From positions 97,076 through 161,075 of the forward strand of contig CBDVDR010000006.1 of NCBI GenBank assembly GCA_965372795.1: a stretch of DNA of 64,000 nt, given 5' to 3'. The DNA is from an uncultured bacterium (GTDB taxonomy: Bacteria; Zixibacteria; MSB-5A5; GN15; FEB-12). The position numbers and the translations under genes were made by a program. Below the pieces are notes generated by a model. It saw only the letters and a list, made by a program, of their open reading frames with translations, had not been told where the DNA came from and did no database searches. Positions 50,444 through 62,002 of this stretch are shown here, one piece after another (the stretch's first letter is position 1; every line of letters starts with the position of its first letter).

Positions 50444-51790
50444 CTAATTTGAAATCAGTAAATCTGCTCGTTTTAAGTGAAGCTTATCAAAACTTTCAGA
50501 TGAAATGACATAATACCACTCTGCAAATCCCGCATTTAAAATAGAAGACTGGTTCTTGGCATTTGCTACTTCACGCTCCCATTTAGCATGATCATCATAA
50601 ACTTTTTTATTTTCAATATCGGTGGAGGTAAAAAGTGAATCCGGTTTATCTAAGAAACTTCTGTTTTGGGGCCGTTTTGGTTCTTTGAACATTTTTCCAT
50701 TAAATTCTGTGGTAATAAATAGAAATCTGTTTTCAGCAGTTTGATTGCCCGAGGCATCTTCAGTTCCTGCTGTGACCGCCAAGCCTTGCCCATATACAAC
50801 TTCGCCAAATCGCAAAGTATAAATAAGTCCATCGGTTGTTTCAAACTGAAGCTCCCCTTCATTTGACAACAGCTGTCGATCCCTTGACAGGTAAAAACCT
50901 TTACTTTGTAATGATCGTATATCGGAATTTTGTAATTGCTTATTATCTGCACTAACTTTCAAATTAGCTGATAAACCTTTCGGCTTGGGACGCACCCCGA
51001 CAATCTCTAAGGAATCCAGCGTATTCAATAACTCCTGCATTTTAACCGTATCGACTGCTTTGGAGGATGGCATACTGTTAGCCTTCCATATTTCATCAGC
51101 CACGGTCAGAGTTAAAATATCTCTATTATCCATTGATCGGGTTCGTTCATTGATCGAATAATCTTTTAAAATAACCTTACTAATACGGTGCTTCATCGTT
51201 TTTAAAAGATCCGTTTCAATCCAATCTTCAAATTTGGTCGAGATATCTAAATTAATTTTAGAAGTGTAGACTCTTTTTTGATTTGGTAAACGCACAAACC
51301 TGATGTTCGGTCTGCCTTCAAGTTGCTTCCCAACGATTAAGTCAGCAAGAATCTGCTCACCTTTTTTTACTTTAATTCTTCGTCCTCTTCCGGTTAATGA
51401 GGCTGTTTCATCAAGAGGATCAATAACACCGCACTTTTCATGGTCAGCAGAATTATCTGATCGAATATCATCTTTTTTAATATCTATTACTCCGGCAGCT
51501 GTCTGAGCCAGCCGATCTTTTCCATCAGCCAAATAATTATGATGTGACGGTATCAACCAGCGACCGTTTTCAAATGTTACCTTGAATGGAACAGCCTTGC
51601 CGGTATTTTCATCAAAACTAATTACTTCAAGCGTTGTTGCTTCATTTGGATCAGTAAACTCAGGGAAAAATGGTTCGCCTTGTTCCAAAAATGCATCGGG
51701 AGTTATTCTTTTGGGAGCCATGATAAAGGCTAACACAGCCAAAAGAACAGCGACACCAATATAATATACTGTTTTTCTGGATTCGTTCAT
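50444..51790 (-). CDS. DUF4340-domain protein of a Gld-like ABC system
   Basis: N-terminal TM; W......YLAD; LIVGK...FVRLP; last gene of the operon. Confidence 0.75.
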   Translation of the reverse strand: MNESRKTVYYIGVAVLLAVLAFIMAPKRITPDAFLEQGEPFFPEFTDPNEATTLEVISFDENTGKAVPFKVTFENGRWLIPSHHNYLADGKDRLAQTAAGVIDIKKDDIRSDNSADHEKCGVIDPLDETASLTGRGRRIKVKKGEQILADLIVGKQLEGRPNIRFVRLPNQKRVYTSKINLDISTKFEDWIETDLLKTMKHRISKVILKDYSINERTRSMDNRDILTLTVADEIWKANSMPSSKAVDTVKMQELLNTLDSLEIVGVRPKPKGLSANLKVSADNKQLQNSDIRSLQSKGFYLSRDRQLLSNEGELQFETTDGLIYTLRFGEVVYGQGLAVTAGTEDASGNQTAENRFLFITTEFNGKMFKEPKRPQNRSFLDKPDSLFTSTDIENKKVYDDHAKWEREVANAKNQSSILNAGFAEWYYVISSESFDKLHLKRADLLISN

Positions 51791-51793
51791 CGC

Positions 51794-54460
51794 TTAACTC
51801 CTCAACCTTCTTGATAATAGGGTACCTTCATGCTCACGTCTTTTCCTCCGAACGAAAATCAAAACACCCATCATAAAGACTGGGATAGGCGGAAGCATCA
51901 CTGCCATAGTCTTAATCCGACTTTGAATACTTCTGACTTCAGCTTCCATCTTCTCTTTACTGGTCGCTATCTTAGCTTCCTTTTTTGATTCTATACTTGA
52001 TTTGAGCGCTTCGAATCTCCGGTTTTCAACCTCTTGTAAATTTTTTGCCATAATCTGCTTAGTTTGTTCATCAAGATCAGAGCGGGTGCGAACCAGTGCA
52101 ACTTTCTCATTCAATCGTTGTTGAGCCTCCGTTAACGCAACCTGGGCATCATCCTCAGCTTCTTTTTCCTCACGAATCCGCTTTTCAACAAATTCCTTAA
52201 TTTGACTTTCAACCGTTTCAAGAGTACGATGTTTGACTCTTTTTTTCCGAAGTTCAATAAAAGAATAATCTTCTATCAACTGATCCATACAGTTCAAAAA
52301 GAATGTTATATTATCGAAATTCAATCCTTCAATACCGCGTTGACGAATCTGGAAAAACTGTTCTCCTATAAAATCGATGTCACCAATTATAATTACATTG
52401 GCACGATTCAAAGTTGTATCTCCGGTAGCCGGATTAATATCAGGAGAGGCACCCCAGACTCTGGCAGCTAAAGTATATTTTTCACCGGTTGGTTGTCTTC
52501 TTGGATTTCTGTTCAGATTTATCCCAAAAATACTTCGCTGAACAATATCATTCCAATTATGTACACCGGAAATCAACCCTGTCTTAACTAATGATTGAAA
52601 ATCAAAACTGCTTCCTGGGGCTTTACGGAAATAACCGCTATATAGCATTACCATTTCCTGTAACCCGGCACTGGCTTGATTCAAATCATTAAAGGTCAGA
52701 CCCTTATCATTCCCTTCACCAATAAATACGATTTCCGGCTGCACCTGCAACAAATCAGGATGAGGGTTATATGAATCCCAAACCAGCTGACCATGATTCC
52801 AGAAAACTCCTATCGCATTCATCAGTTCTTGAATATTTCCTTTTTGGACAGCCTGAGATTGACCACCCATCATTGGATTTGCCTGAACTTGAGGAATGAT
52901 CGGCGAAAGCATCGGGTCAAAAACAGGAATCGGATCAACCAATAGCAAAGTAGGTTTTCCTGACAGTACAAAATTCTTTAAATTATTCATCCCCTGCTGA
53001 TCAAGTGATGATGGCAGCACTGCCAGTAAGCCGTCAAGGCTCATATCGATTGGTTCGGCGGGATTGACCGGAATTATCTCATACTGCTTATACAATTCTC
53101 TTACTACCGACCAGGGAGGATTGGTTGCCATTGTTTGATAATCAAATCCGCCAAATATTTTTGCTTCTGTTTGCAACAACCCTACTTTACTTCGGGTAGA
53201 TTTGGCTGCAACCCGAATTGAACGAACAAGTTCATATTCTACCGGTAAACCTCTGTCAAAAAATGGAATTATTTCTTCGTTGGCTCCACTGGTAAAAGCA
53301 ACACTCATAAAAATCTGTGATGTCGTGCTGCGACTGCTGCTGGAAGACATAACTTGCACCGGGGTGATGCCAAATTTTTCTCGGGCATCCAAAGCTTCAT
53401 CTGAATAAGGCTCGGTATCATGAATGAGAACTTGCACTTTGTCTCCCCCTAAGGCAGAGATTTCTTCAAGTTTCCCGATTAAATTAGCATGAGTTTCAAC
53501 GTATTCCTGTGGAACTTCCGGACTGATAAATGCCTGAATTAAAACCGGCCGATTATCAGGAATGTCATCAATTAATTGCTTGGTTTCATCAGAAAGAGAG
53601 TGTAGTTGTTCAGCGGTAGCATCTATTCTTAGTGCTAACCGTCCAAATATTATGTTAATACCGATTATGGCAATAACTAAAGAAAGTGTCCGTGCTAATT
53701 GATGCATCCAGAATTTATAGCCTCCCGCTTCAAGAGGCCAATGTCTTCGACCAACTATAACAACATTGATGTACAACATCAATGCTGCGATTGAGAGAAA
53801 ATATAATATCGAACTGAAACTTATTATTCCTCTGGAGAAGTCTTTGAAATAACTAAAAACACCCAATGGTGCCAAATAACTCTGAATGAATTCGCTTATG
53901 ACCCATTCTGACGATGTGACAAACACAAAGAAAGAACAAAACATCGCCCCCAAGATAAAGGCGATGGTTGCATTGGCGGTTAATAGCGATGCCAACATCC
54001 CGACTCCGATAAAACCTGCACCAATAAGAAAATATCCGATATAATTTGCAATCATCAAACCGATATCAGGAGTTCCAAGCCAGAATAAAACAATGATATG
54101 ACTTAAAGATAATAATAAAGATGCTGTGTAAATTCCCAATACTGCGAGATATTTACCTATGGTAATCTCTAAATCTGTAACCGGCAATGTAAAAAGGAGT
54201 TCATCGGTCCCCTGTTTTCTCTCTTCGGACCAGACACTCATTGTTAAAGCTGGAATAAAAACTAATAATAGAAAAGGGAAAACATCATTTAGCTGGTCAA
54301 GATTGGCAAGGTTGTTACGGAAGAATGTCGCTTGCCAGAACGCAGCCGCCGCACTAAGGAATATAAACAAAGTTATAAATACATAACCCGTTGGACTGCT
54401 AAAATATGAACGGAAATCTCTTTTACAAATCACCCAAATACTATTTATATTAATGTTCAT
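51794..54460 (-). CDS. GldF-like ABC permease fused to a GldG-like auxiliary domain
   Basis: [47 protein letters not shown]...NITFFLN. Start moved to ATG 54460 (GGAGG). Confidence 0.85.
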   Translation of the reverse strand: MNININSIWVICKRDFRSYFSSPTGYVFITLFIFLSAAAAFWQATFFRNNLANLDQLNDVFPFLLLVFIPALTMSVWSEERKQGTDELLFTLPVTDLEITIGKYLAVLGIYTASLLLSLSHIIVLFWLGTPDIGLMIANYIGYFLIGAGFIGVGMLASLLTANATIAFILGAMFCSFFVFVTSSEWVISEFIQSYLAPLGVFSYFKDFSRGIISFSSILYFLSIAALMLYINVVIVGRRHWPLEAGGYKFWMHQLARTLSLVIAIIGINIIFGRLALRIDATAEQLHSLSDETKQLIDDIPDNRPVLIQAFISPEVPQEYVETHANLIGKLEEISALGGDKVQVLIHDTEPYSDEALDAREKFGITPVQVMSSSSSRSTTSQIFMSVAFTSGANEEIIPFFDRGLPVEYELVRSIRVAAKSTRSKVGLLQTEAKIFGGFDYQTMATNPPWSVVRELYKQYEIIPVNPAEPIDMSLDGLLAVLPSSLDQQGMNNLKNFVLSGKPTLLLVDPIPVFDPMLSPIIPQVQANPMMGGQSQAVQKGNIQELMNAIGVFWNHGQLVWDSYNPHPDLLQVQPEIVFIGEGNDKGLTFNDLNQASAGLQEMVMLYSGYFRKAPGSSFDFQSLVKTGLISGVHNWNDIVQRSIFGINLNRNPRRQPTGEKYTLAARVWGASPDINPATGDTTLNRANVIIIGDIDFIGEQFFQIRQRGIEGLNFDNITFFLNCMDQLIEDYSFIELRKKRVKHRTLETVESQIKEFVEKRIREEKEAEDDAQVALTEAQQRLNEKVALVRTRSDLDEQTKQIMAKNLQEVENRRFEALKSSIESKKEAKIATSKEKMEAEVRSIQSRIKTMAVMLPPIPVFMMGVLIFVRRKRREHEGTLLSRRLRS

Positions 54461-55226
54461 TATCACCTCCGTTTACAGATGCAGAAGTGACTGATTTTCC
54501 AAAATTTGTATATTTATAAAAACTTTCCTCAAGAGTACTGTTAGTTTCAAGTTCATTCAGGTTGCCATCAAACTTGAGTTGACCATCGTGTATTAACAAA
54601 ATCCGATCAGCAACCGCTTTAACTTCCTGTAATATATGAGTAGAGATTAAGATGGTTTTGGTTCTCCCCAATCTTTTAATGTTTTCACGAAAATCACGAA
54701 TCTGATTCGGGTCCAAACCTGCTGTTGGTTCATCCATTATCAGGACCTCCGGTTCATGCAACAACGCCTGGGCTAACCCTACCCGCTGTCTGTATCCACG
54801 AGATAATTTCCCGATCGGCTTTTCTCGAACTTGTTGCAGAGAACAAGTTTCGATAACTTTTTCAAGATTTTCTTTTAAAGTATTTTCAGGTAAACCTCTA
54901 ATTTGTCCAAAAAAAACGAGGAGTTCTCGGGGCGTCATACTATCATATAACGGTCCATCCTCGGGAAGATAACCGAGTCTTTTTGAAACCTCCATCCTCT
55001 GACTTCTAATATCAAATCCGGAAATTTGTGCTTCACCCTCGCTTGAGGAGAGAAAACCACTCAAAATTTTCATCGTTGTAGACTTCCCTGCCCCGTTAGG
55101 ACCGACAAAAGCTACTATCTGCCCCTGAGGAATACTGAAAGAGACATCCTTAATGGCAACAAAAGAACCATAAAATTTACTTAGTCCTTTGGCTTCAATC
55201 ATAATTTTTGAATCATGATTACCCAT
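54450..55226 (-). CDS. GldA-like ABC transporter ATP-binding protein
   Basis: [35 protein letters not shown]. Start moved to ATG 55226. Confidence 0.92.
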   Translation of the reverse strand: MGNHDSKIMIEAKGLSKFYGSFVAIKDVSFSIPQGQIVAFVGPNGAGKSTTMKILSGFLSSSEGEAQISGFDIRSQRMEVSKRLGYLPEDGPLYDSMTPRELLVFFGQIRGLPENTLKENLEKVIETCSLQQVREKPIGKLSRGYRQRVGLAQALLHEPEVLIMDEPTAGLDPNQIRDFRENIKRLGRTKTILISTHILQEVKAVADRILLIHDGQLKFDGNLNELETNSTLEESFYKYTNFGKSVTSASVNGGDNEH

Positions 55227-55491
55227 CCAATTTTTTCTCCTTTTATTATGTAAAAACCCTTTGGTGATTTTATACAATTTTCAATTAAATCAGTGTCAAA
55301 AATATCAAAAAATTTAATATATGTCAAGGATGGTATATTTGATGAATTTATCATAAGTTCTTCTTATGGTTTATTGTTATTTAATTCACAATATTATTTA
55401 TCAACTAATTCCTCTTAAATGAGTTAGCAAACTAATAAACTTCGGTAATTAGCCGACATTAATTAAAGCTAAGTTGTGTAACCAAAATAAC

Positions 55492-55519
55492 TTGACAAAA
55501 TGAGAGGGAATGGTATATT
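55492..55519 (+). promoter_or_regulatory. sigma70-type promoter
   Basis: TTGACA-N16-TATATT with extended -10 TG. Confidence 0.55.
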
Positions 55520-55605
55520 CTGCGTAGAGGTCAAAGATCTAATTTATACTTTCAATTGGTTATCAAAAAATACCTTAATGTCAACGACCCACATCCGGAG
55601 TTTGA

Positions 55606-58600
55606 GTGAGATATAGAGTACAGCTAAATGTAAGTGCAACACTTGCGTTATATATACTAATTACAATCCTTCAATGGAGTATTTTACCCGCATCTGAAGT
55701 TTTTGCCAAAGCTAATATTGATGACTCTTTTGAATATCTTACACTATCCAAAAATACACTTCACTTTATTCCTAACTACGGACAATTTGACAATAATGTT
55801 GCATTTAAAAGTGAATCTGAAAAAGCAGTTATTTGGTTTACTAATGACGCAGTCTATTATCAATTTACAAAAAGATTTGAATCGGAACCCGCAGACATTT
55901 TAGAAGAGTTCGGTTATCGCCCCTCCGACAATCTTGACTCCGTTAAATTTTCTATTATAAAATCCACCTTAGTTGGGGCAAATTTGAATCCTCAAATTAT
56001 AAGCCATCAACCGACCTCTCATAAAAACAACTATTTCATTGGAAATGATCCTTCCGGATGGGTAACTGATGTACCATCCTACCTTGAGATCACTTATCAA
56101 TCAGTTTATGATGGAATCGATCTCAAATATTATGGTACTCCATATTATATGGAGTACGATTTTGAAGTTTCTCCCGGAGGCGACCCTTCTCAGATACAGG
56201 TACATTTTGATGGCATAACTGATATGTTTCTGGCATCAAACGGAGACTTGATAATCAAAACCGAACTGGGACAAATCAGAGAAAATAAACCGGTTGCCTT
56301 TCAACAAAATGGTGAGGAAGAAATTTCGATTGAAGGAACATTTGTAATTATCGACGATGGTACTTTTGGATTTTCATTTACTAATGGATATGATCCGGAT
56401 CTTCCTCTCATCATAGATCCGATCCTGAATTACAGTACCTTATTTGGAGGAACTGGTAATGACTATGGCCGAGCTATCGCTGATGATTCTGATGGACGGA
56501 TATATATAACAGGATATACGAGTTCAAACGACTTCCCGCTCGATTCCGCTTTTGACAGTAACTATAACGGCGGTGGATTAAAGGGGTATGATATTTTCGT
56601 AAGTAAATTATCAGCCACAGGAGATACTGTTTTTTATAGCACTTACTTCGGCGGATCTGAAGGTGAAGACCAGGCCTTTTCGATTGATGTTGATAATTCC
56701 GGTAATGCCTATATAACCGGAATAACAAAATCGGACAATATCCCCTTGCAAAATCCATATCAAAGTTCATTATCCGGCGAACAAGATGCTATTCTTTTTA
56801 AATTAGGACCATTTGGAAATTCTTTGCTCTATAGTACTTATTTTGGAGGATCAGCAAACGATTATGCTTCTTCAATTGCAATAAATAACTCTGAAGTAGC
56901 TTTTCTTTTGGGAACTACTTCGTCAATCGATTTTCCGCTTTCTGCCTCCCCTATCGATAATACTCTTGATGGAACTGATGATCTGTTCATTGTCGCAATA
57001 AATACATCCACCGGAACATTGGACTATTCTTCTTATTTCGGCGGAGATGAAATTGAATCCGGTTTATCTATCCAATTGGATGATCTCGGAGATATCTACT
57101 TCTGCGGCTATACAAATTCAACAACGTACCCAACTGTAAATCCACTGTCTGACACTTATAATGGTGGTTTCTCAAGTGGTGACATTTTTGTAACAAAGTT
57201 AGATGCAACCGGCTCAACAATTTTATTTAGTACTTATATCGGTGGAACAGCAGATGAAATTGGATTATCACTTTCTTTGGATAATTCAAAAAATATTTAT
57301 GTAACCGGATTTACAATGTCTCATGATTTCCCGGTAAAATCTGTTATTGACGAATCATTTAATGAAACCATCGATGCTTACCTGCTTTGTATTGACGCTT
57401 CAGGTGACTCATTAATTTACAGTACTTATCTTGGCGGATTAAAATCAGATTTTGGTTCTTCAGTCGAGGTTGACCCATACGGTTATGCCTTTGTAACTGG
57501 AAACACACAATCTAATAATTTCCCAATTAAAAATGGATTTGATGAAATTTTTAATGGCAGCAATGATGTCTTTTTGACAAGTATTGCTCCCAATGGTGAT
57601 TCAATTATTTATAGCACTTTCTTCGGAGGATCAGATTTTGAATCTTCCTATGGTATTTGTCTTGATAGTGAAAATAATGCTACAATAATCGGATATACCG
57701 ACTCCGATGATTTCCCGACTTTGAATGCCATGTACGATACTACAATTGGCAACAATGATATTTATATTGCCCGCTTTGACTTCACGAGCCCGATCTGTAT
57801 AGATTCTGACAATGATGGTTTTGGAGATCCAGATCATCCTGAAAATGACTGTCCTGATGATAATTGTCCTACAGTAAATAATGTTTCACAATCTGATTTT
57901 GATAGTGATGGTGTGGGCGACATGTGTGACAATTGTATCACCTCTGCTAACCCTGCCCAAGATGATGCCGACGGAGATGGAATCGGCGATATTTGCGATG
58001 TTTGTACCGATACTGACAATGATGGTTTCGGCAACCCCGGTTTCCCATATAACACTTGTCCTGAGGATAATTGCCCGGATAATTTCAATTCTAACCAAAA
58101 TGATATTGATAAAGATGGCATAGGCAACGAGTGTGACGATTGTACTGATACCGATGGTGATGGCTTTGGCAATCCGGGTTATCCTGCAAATACTTGTGCC
58201 TTAGACAATTGCCCAACTATCTATAATCCTGATCAAACTGATGCTGACGCTGACGGTGTTGGTGATGATTGCGATAACTGTTTAGGTTTAAGCAACCCAA
58301 GTCAAAGTGATTTTGATAACGATGACATTGGTGATGACTGTGATGATTGCACCGATAAAGACAATGATGGCTACGGGAATCCCGGTTTTTCTAACAATAC
58401 CTGCCCTGACGATAACTGTCCCTTAAGCTACAACCCTGATCAGATAGATACTGATAGTAATGGTAAAGGGGACGTATGCGATACCGGGTGTTGTGTTGCT
58501 CCTATTCGTGGAAATGTTAATAGTGACCCTCTCGATGAAATCAACGTTTCCGATTTAACATTCTTAGTTGCTTATTTATTCTCCGGCGGCGAACCTCCCC

Positions 58601-58719
58601 CCTGTCCCGAAGAAGGTAATCTAAACGCCAGTGAAGATGGTTTGACAGATATCTCAGATATAACTTTCCTGATTGCATATCTCTTTAATAACGGATCAAC
58701 ACCGGCCTCTTGCCTATAA
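55606..58719 (+). CDS. exported SBBP beta-propeller protein + thrombospondin type-3 repeats + dockerin-like tail
   Basis: F.PNYGQF...NYFIGND...VYDGIDL...LIIDP N-domain; about seven YSTYFGG...YITG.T.S.DFP repeats; DNCP...NP.Q.D.D.DG.GD.C repeats. Confidence 0.88.
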   Translation: MRYRVQLNVSATLALYILITILQWSILPASEVFAKANIDDSFEYLTLSKNTLHFIPNYGQFDNNVAFKSESEKAVIWFTNDAVYYQFTKRFESEPADILEEFGYRPSDNLDSVKFSIIKSTLVGANLNPQIISHQPTSHKNNYFIGNDPSGWVTDVPSYLEITYQSVYDGIDLKYYGTPYYMEYDFEVSPGGDPSQIQVHFDGITDMFLASNGDLIIKTELGQIRENKPVAFQQNGEEEISIEGTFVIIDDGTFGFSFTNGYDPDLPLIIDPILNYSTLFGGTGNDYGRAIADDSDGRIYITGYTSSNDFPLDSAFDSNYNGGGLKGYDIFVSKLSATGDTVFYSTYFGGSEGEDQAFSIDVDNSGNAYITGITKSDNIPLQNPYQSSLSGEQDAILFKLGPFGNSLLYSTYFGGSANDYASSIAINNSEVAFLLGTTSSIDFPLSASPIDNTLDGTDDLFIVAINTSTGTLDYSSYFGGDEIESGLSIQLDDLGDIYFCGYTNSTTYPTVNPLSDTYNGGFSSGDIFVTKLDATGSTILFSTYIGGTADEIGLSLSLDNSKNIYVTGFTMSHDFPVKSVIDESFNETIDAYLLCIDASGDSLIYSTYLGGLKSDFGSSVEVDPYGYAFVTGNTQSNNFPIKNGFDEIFNGSNDVFLTSIAPNGDSIIYSTFFGGSDFESSYGICLDSENNATIIGYTDSDDFPTLNAMYDTTIGNNDIYIARFDFTSPICIDSDNDGFGDPDHPENDCPDDNCPTVNNVSQSDFDSDGVGDMCDNCITSANPAQDDADGDGIGDICDVCTDTDNDGFGNPGFPYNTCPEDNCPDNFNSNQNDIDKDGIGNECDDCTDTDGDGFGNPGYPANTCALDNCPTIYNPDQTDADADGVGDDCDNCLGLSNPSQSDFDNDDIGDDCDDCTDKDNDGYGNPGFSNNTCPDDNCPLSYNPDQIDTDSNGKGDVCDTGCCVAPIRGNVNSDPLDEINVSDLTFLVAYLFSGGEPPPCPEEGNLNASEDGLTDISDITFLIAYLFNNGSTPASCL
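57793..58490 (+). repeat. coding thrombospondin type-3-like Ca-binding repeats
   Basis: Four C(T/I)DxDxDG(F/Y)G(N/D)P....N.C..DNCP units interleaved with Q.D.D.DG.GD.CD units. Confidence 0.85.
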
Positions 58720-58903
58720 AGTCCCATATAATCTATTTTATAATTTAATACTTTTTAATCACTCTTGCTTTTTAATCAATTTATTTGTATTGATATTAAA
58801 TGAGTTCTGCTATAAAATATCGACAACAAATTCACCTTTTTATTCATTTCAATATTATAGTAAATTTTTATATTTGAATACAATTTCATAGCAAAGGAAT
58901 TTT

Positions 58904-61900
58904 ATGCGATTATTAATTAAAATTGTATTAATTTGTGCCCTCACAACATCAGCGATGGGACAACTTACACCTGTATCCCCGGTTGAAGGGATTAGATCCA
59001 AATCACCTACCCTAAAAGCTTTTACAAATGCTAAAATCTTTATCTCTCCAGAAAAAAAACTGGAAAATGCGATTGTCCTGTTCAAGGATGGTTATATCCT
59101 AAAAGTTGGTATAGATATTGAAATCCCACAAGGTGCTGAAATTATTAACCTTGCCGGTTATACTGTCTACCCGGGATTTATAGATCCCTATACTGAATAT
59201 GGTCTTCCAAAAAGGAAAAAATCTCATCGTGGAGGCAACCGCTCACTAAAATTTGATGGTACCAGAAAAGGTGGCAATTCCTGGAATGATGCTATTCATT
59301 CGGAAGTAAACTGGGTTTCCAGTTTTGAGCCGAATAAAAAGGAAGCGGAAAAATTATTAAACTCTGGCTTCACCACCGTTCATTCAGTAAGTCTTGATGG
59401 TATTTTTAGAGGTCGGGGATTTGTTGCCTTATTAGGCGATGACATTCCTAATAATCTGATATTAAAACCTTATTCCTATCAATTTGCATCCTTTTCCAAA
59501 GGTCGTTCAAAACAGGAATATCCCAATTCTTTAATGGGTACTATCGCATTAATCCGCCAGACATTTCTTGATATCGACTGGTACCAAAAGGCTCATTCTG
59601 CATTTTCAAAAAATAAAAATCAGGACATGCCGGAATTCAACAGCAGTATTGAGGCTTTGGCCAATTTCAAAAATGAAAAAATGATTTTTGAATCAGATGA
59701 TCTCCTCTCTTTACTAAGGGCAAAACGAATCTCTGAAGAATTTAAAACTACTTTCATATATATAGGAAGCGGTCAAGAATACACTTTAATTGATGAAGTT
59801 AAAAATATCACTGAACCTTTAATTTTACCGGTAAATTTCCCTGATGCGCCATCGGTTAATAATCAATACAATGAACTCGACGTTTCATTGGCTACTCTTC
59901 GCCATTGGGAAACGGCACCTTCCAATCCTTCAATCCTGGAACAGAATAACATCAAATTTGCATTTACAACTTATAACCTTGAGAATAAATCGGATCTGCT
60001 GCCGAATATCAGAAAGGCTGTTAAGCGAGGCTTAACTCCAAAAACCGCACTGGCTTCACTTACTGTAACACCCGCCAGGCTTTGTGGTGTTGCAAATCAG
60101 GTTGGAACAATCGAATCAAACAAACTGGCTAATTTCATAATTACTGATGGAGACATCTTTGATTCTGAGACCAAAATCTATTCTACCTGGGTTCTTGGAA
60201 CTAAATATGAACAAACTCCAATGCCGGCAATTGATTTTTCAGGAAATTACACTCTATCATTTAATGAGTTAACTTATGAATTAACCATTAAAGGTAAACC
60301 AACAAAACCATCCGGAGAAATCAAATTTGGCGAAGAACCTATCAAACTTGACCATGTTTCAATCTCATTAGAAGAGCTCTTCTTCTCATTAAAAATTGAT
60401 ACTTCCGGAATTTCAGGCGTATTAAGATTCTCTGGTCGGAAACAAAATGAAAAACTAACGGGTCATGTAACTTTACCAAATGGAAATATTATAAACTGGA
60501 CGGCACTGAAAACATCTGAATATATTAAAGACGAAAATGATGCTGATGATTCTGATTCTACTAAAATTGAAGAAGAATTCAAACCGATTGCCAAACTTAC
60601 TTTCCCTAACCGTTCCTTTGGATATGAGACAAAACCAATTCAGGAAAACGTCCTTATAAAAAATGCAACCGTTTGGACTTCAGAAGCAGAAGGCATTTTA
60701 GAAACGACTGATGTCCTTGTAGTAGATGGTAAATTTGCCCAGATAGGCAAGAACTTACAAGCCAATAAAAATACAAAAGTTATAGATGCAACCGGAAAAC
60801 ATCTGACTGCCGGTGTCATTGATGAACATTCTCATATTGCAGCTTCTGGAAATATTAACGAATGTACCGAAGCTATTACGGCTGAAACCAAAATGAGTGA
60901 TATTATAAATAATAATGACATCAATATCTATCGACAACTTGCCGGAGGAGTAACAGCCTGTCAGACTCTCCATGGATCATGTAATCCAATAGGAGGACAA
61001 GCACAGGTAATTAAGCATAAATGGGGTTCTACCCCTGAAGAACTTAAATTTGATTATGCTCCCCCAACTATCAAATTTGCTCTGGGAGAAAATGTCAAAA
61101 GGAGTTCATGGGGAAATGAACATAAAGTTCGATACCCTCAAACAAGAATGGGTGTTGAAACAATCATAAAAGATGAATTCCAAACTGCCCGTGAATATGA
61201 AAATGATTGGCAAATTTACAATTCTTTAAACAAAAAAAAACGTCAACAAACTATTCCCCCCCGTAAAGATATCGAACTTGATGCTGTGGTTGATGTCCTG
61301 AATTCAAACATGTTTATTCATTGCCACTCTTATGTCCAATCTGAAATATTGATGTTGATGCGGTTAGCTGAAGAATTTGATTTCCGGGTTTGGAATTTTA
61401 CTCATATTCTGGAAGGTTACAAAGTAGCTCCTGAAATGGCAAAACATGGTGCCACTGCTTCCTCATTTTCAGACTGGTGGGCATATAAATTCGAAGTCTA
61501 CGACGCTATTCCTTACAATGTTGCTTTAATGACTGAAAAAGGTGTTATTTCATCGGTCAACTCAGACAATGGCGATCTTGCCCGCCGGTTAAATCAGGAA
61601 GCCGGCAAATGTGTTAAATATGGAGGGATGACTCAAGAAGAAGCTATTAAGCTCTGTACTATAAATCCTGCCATACAACTAAAGATTGAAGATCGGGTTG
61701 GCAGTATCAAAGTCGGCAAAGATGCTGATTTTGTAATCTGGAATGGTAACCCTCTGTCAATTTACTCAAAAGCTGAACAGACATGGATTGAAGGAGCCAA
61801 ATACTTTAGCCTTGAAAAAGATTTAAAACTTAGAGAAGACACTAAAACTGAAAAATATGCCCTTCTTCAAAAAATTATCAAGAGCGGTGAAGGTAAAAAT

Positions 61901-62002
61901 AAATCAAAAAAACATGATATGAAATGGAATCTCTACGACAATAATGTTTATTTGGATCAAAGTTGCGGATGCATAGAAAGTGAAGACCATGAAAATAATT
62001 AA
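58904..62002 (+). CDS. exported amidohydrolase-superfamily protein with two tandem amidohydrolase domains
   Basis: Domain 1 YPGFIDPYT...GTIESNKLANFII; domain 2 GVIDEHSH...TINPA...GSIKVGKDADFVIW. Confidence 0.88.
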   Translation: MRLLIKIVLICALTTSAMGQLTPVSPVEGIRSKSPTLKAFTNAKIFISPEKKLENAIVLFKDGYILKVGIDIEIPQGAEIINLAGYTVYPGFIDPYTEYGLPKRKKSHRGGNRSLKFDGTRKGGNSWNDAIHSEVNWVSSFEPNKKEAEKLLNSGFTTVHSVSLDGIFRGRGFVALLGDDIPNNLILKPYSYQFASFSKGRSKQEYPNSLMGTIALIRQTFLDIDWYQKAHSAFSKNKNQDMPEFNSSIEALANFKNEKMIFESDDLLSLLRAKRISEEFKTTFIYIGSGQEYTLIDEVKNITEPLILPVNFPDAPSVNNQYNELDVSLATLRHWETAPSNPSILEQNNIKFAFTTYNLENKSDLLPNIRKAVKRGLTPKTALASLTVTPARLCGVANQVGTIESNKLANFIITDGDIFDSETKIYSTWVLGTKYEQTPMPAIDFSGNYTLSFNELTYELTIKGKPTKPSGEIKFGEEPIKLDHVSISLEELFFSLKIDTSGISGVLRFSGRKQNEKLTGHVTLPNGNIINWTALKTSEYIKDENDADDSDSTKIEEEFKPIAKLTFPNRSFGYETKPIQENVLIKNATVWTSEAEGILETTDVLVVDGKFAQIGKNLQANKNTKVIDATGKHLTAGVIDEHSHIAASGNINECTEAITAETKMSDIINNNDINIYRQLAGGVTACQTLHGSCNPIGGQAQVIKHKWGSTPEELKFDYAPPTIKFALGENVKRSSWGNEHKVRYPQTRMGVETIIKDEFQTAREYENDWQIYNSLNKKKRQQTIPPRKDIELDAVVDVLNSNMFIHCHSYVQSEILMLMRLAEEFDFRVWNFTHILEGYKVAPEMAKHGATASSFSDWWAYKFEVYDAIPYNVALMTEKGVISSVNSDNGDLARRLNQEAGKCVKYGGMTQEEAIKLCTINPAIQLKIEDRVGSIKVGKDADFVIWNGNPLSIYSKAEQTWIEGAKYFSLEKDLKLREDTKTEKYALLQKIIKSGEGKNKSKKHDMKWNLYDNNVYLDQSCGCIESEDHENN

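Noticed and set aside
50444..55226. Evidence of gliding motility from gldAFG-like genes
   Set aside because: This ABC/GldG/DUF4340 module is widespread in non-gliding bacteria, and no motor genes are in the window.
57793..58490. CRISPR-like or DNA-level tandem array
   Set aside because: The repeats are degenerate at synonymous positions and are explained by protein TSP3 repeats.
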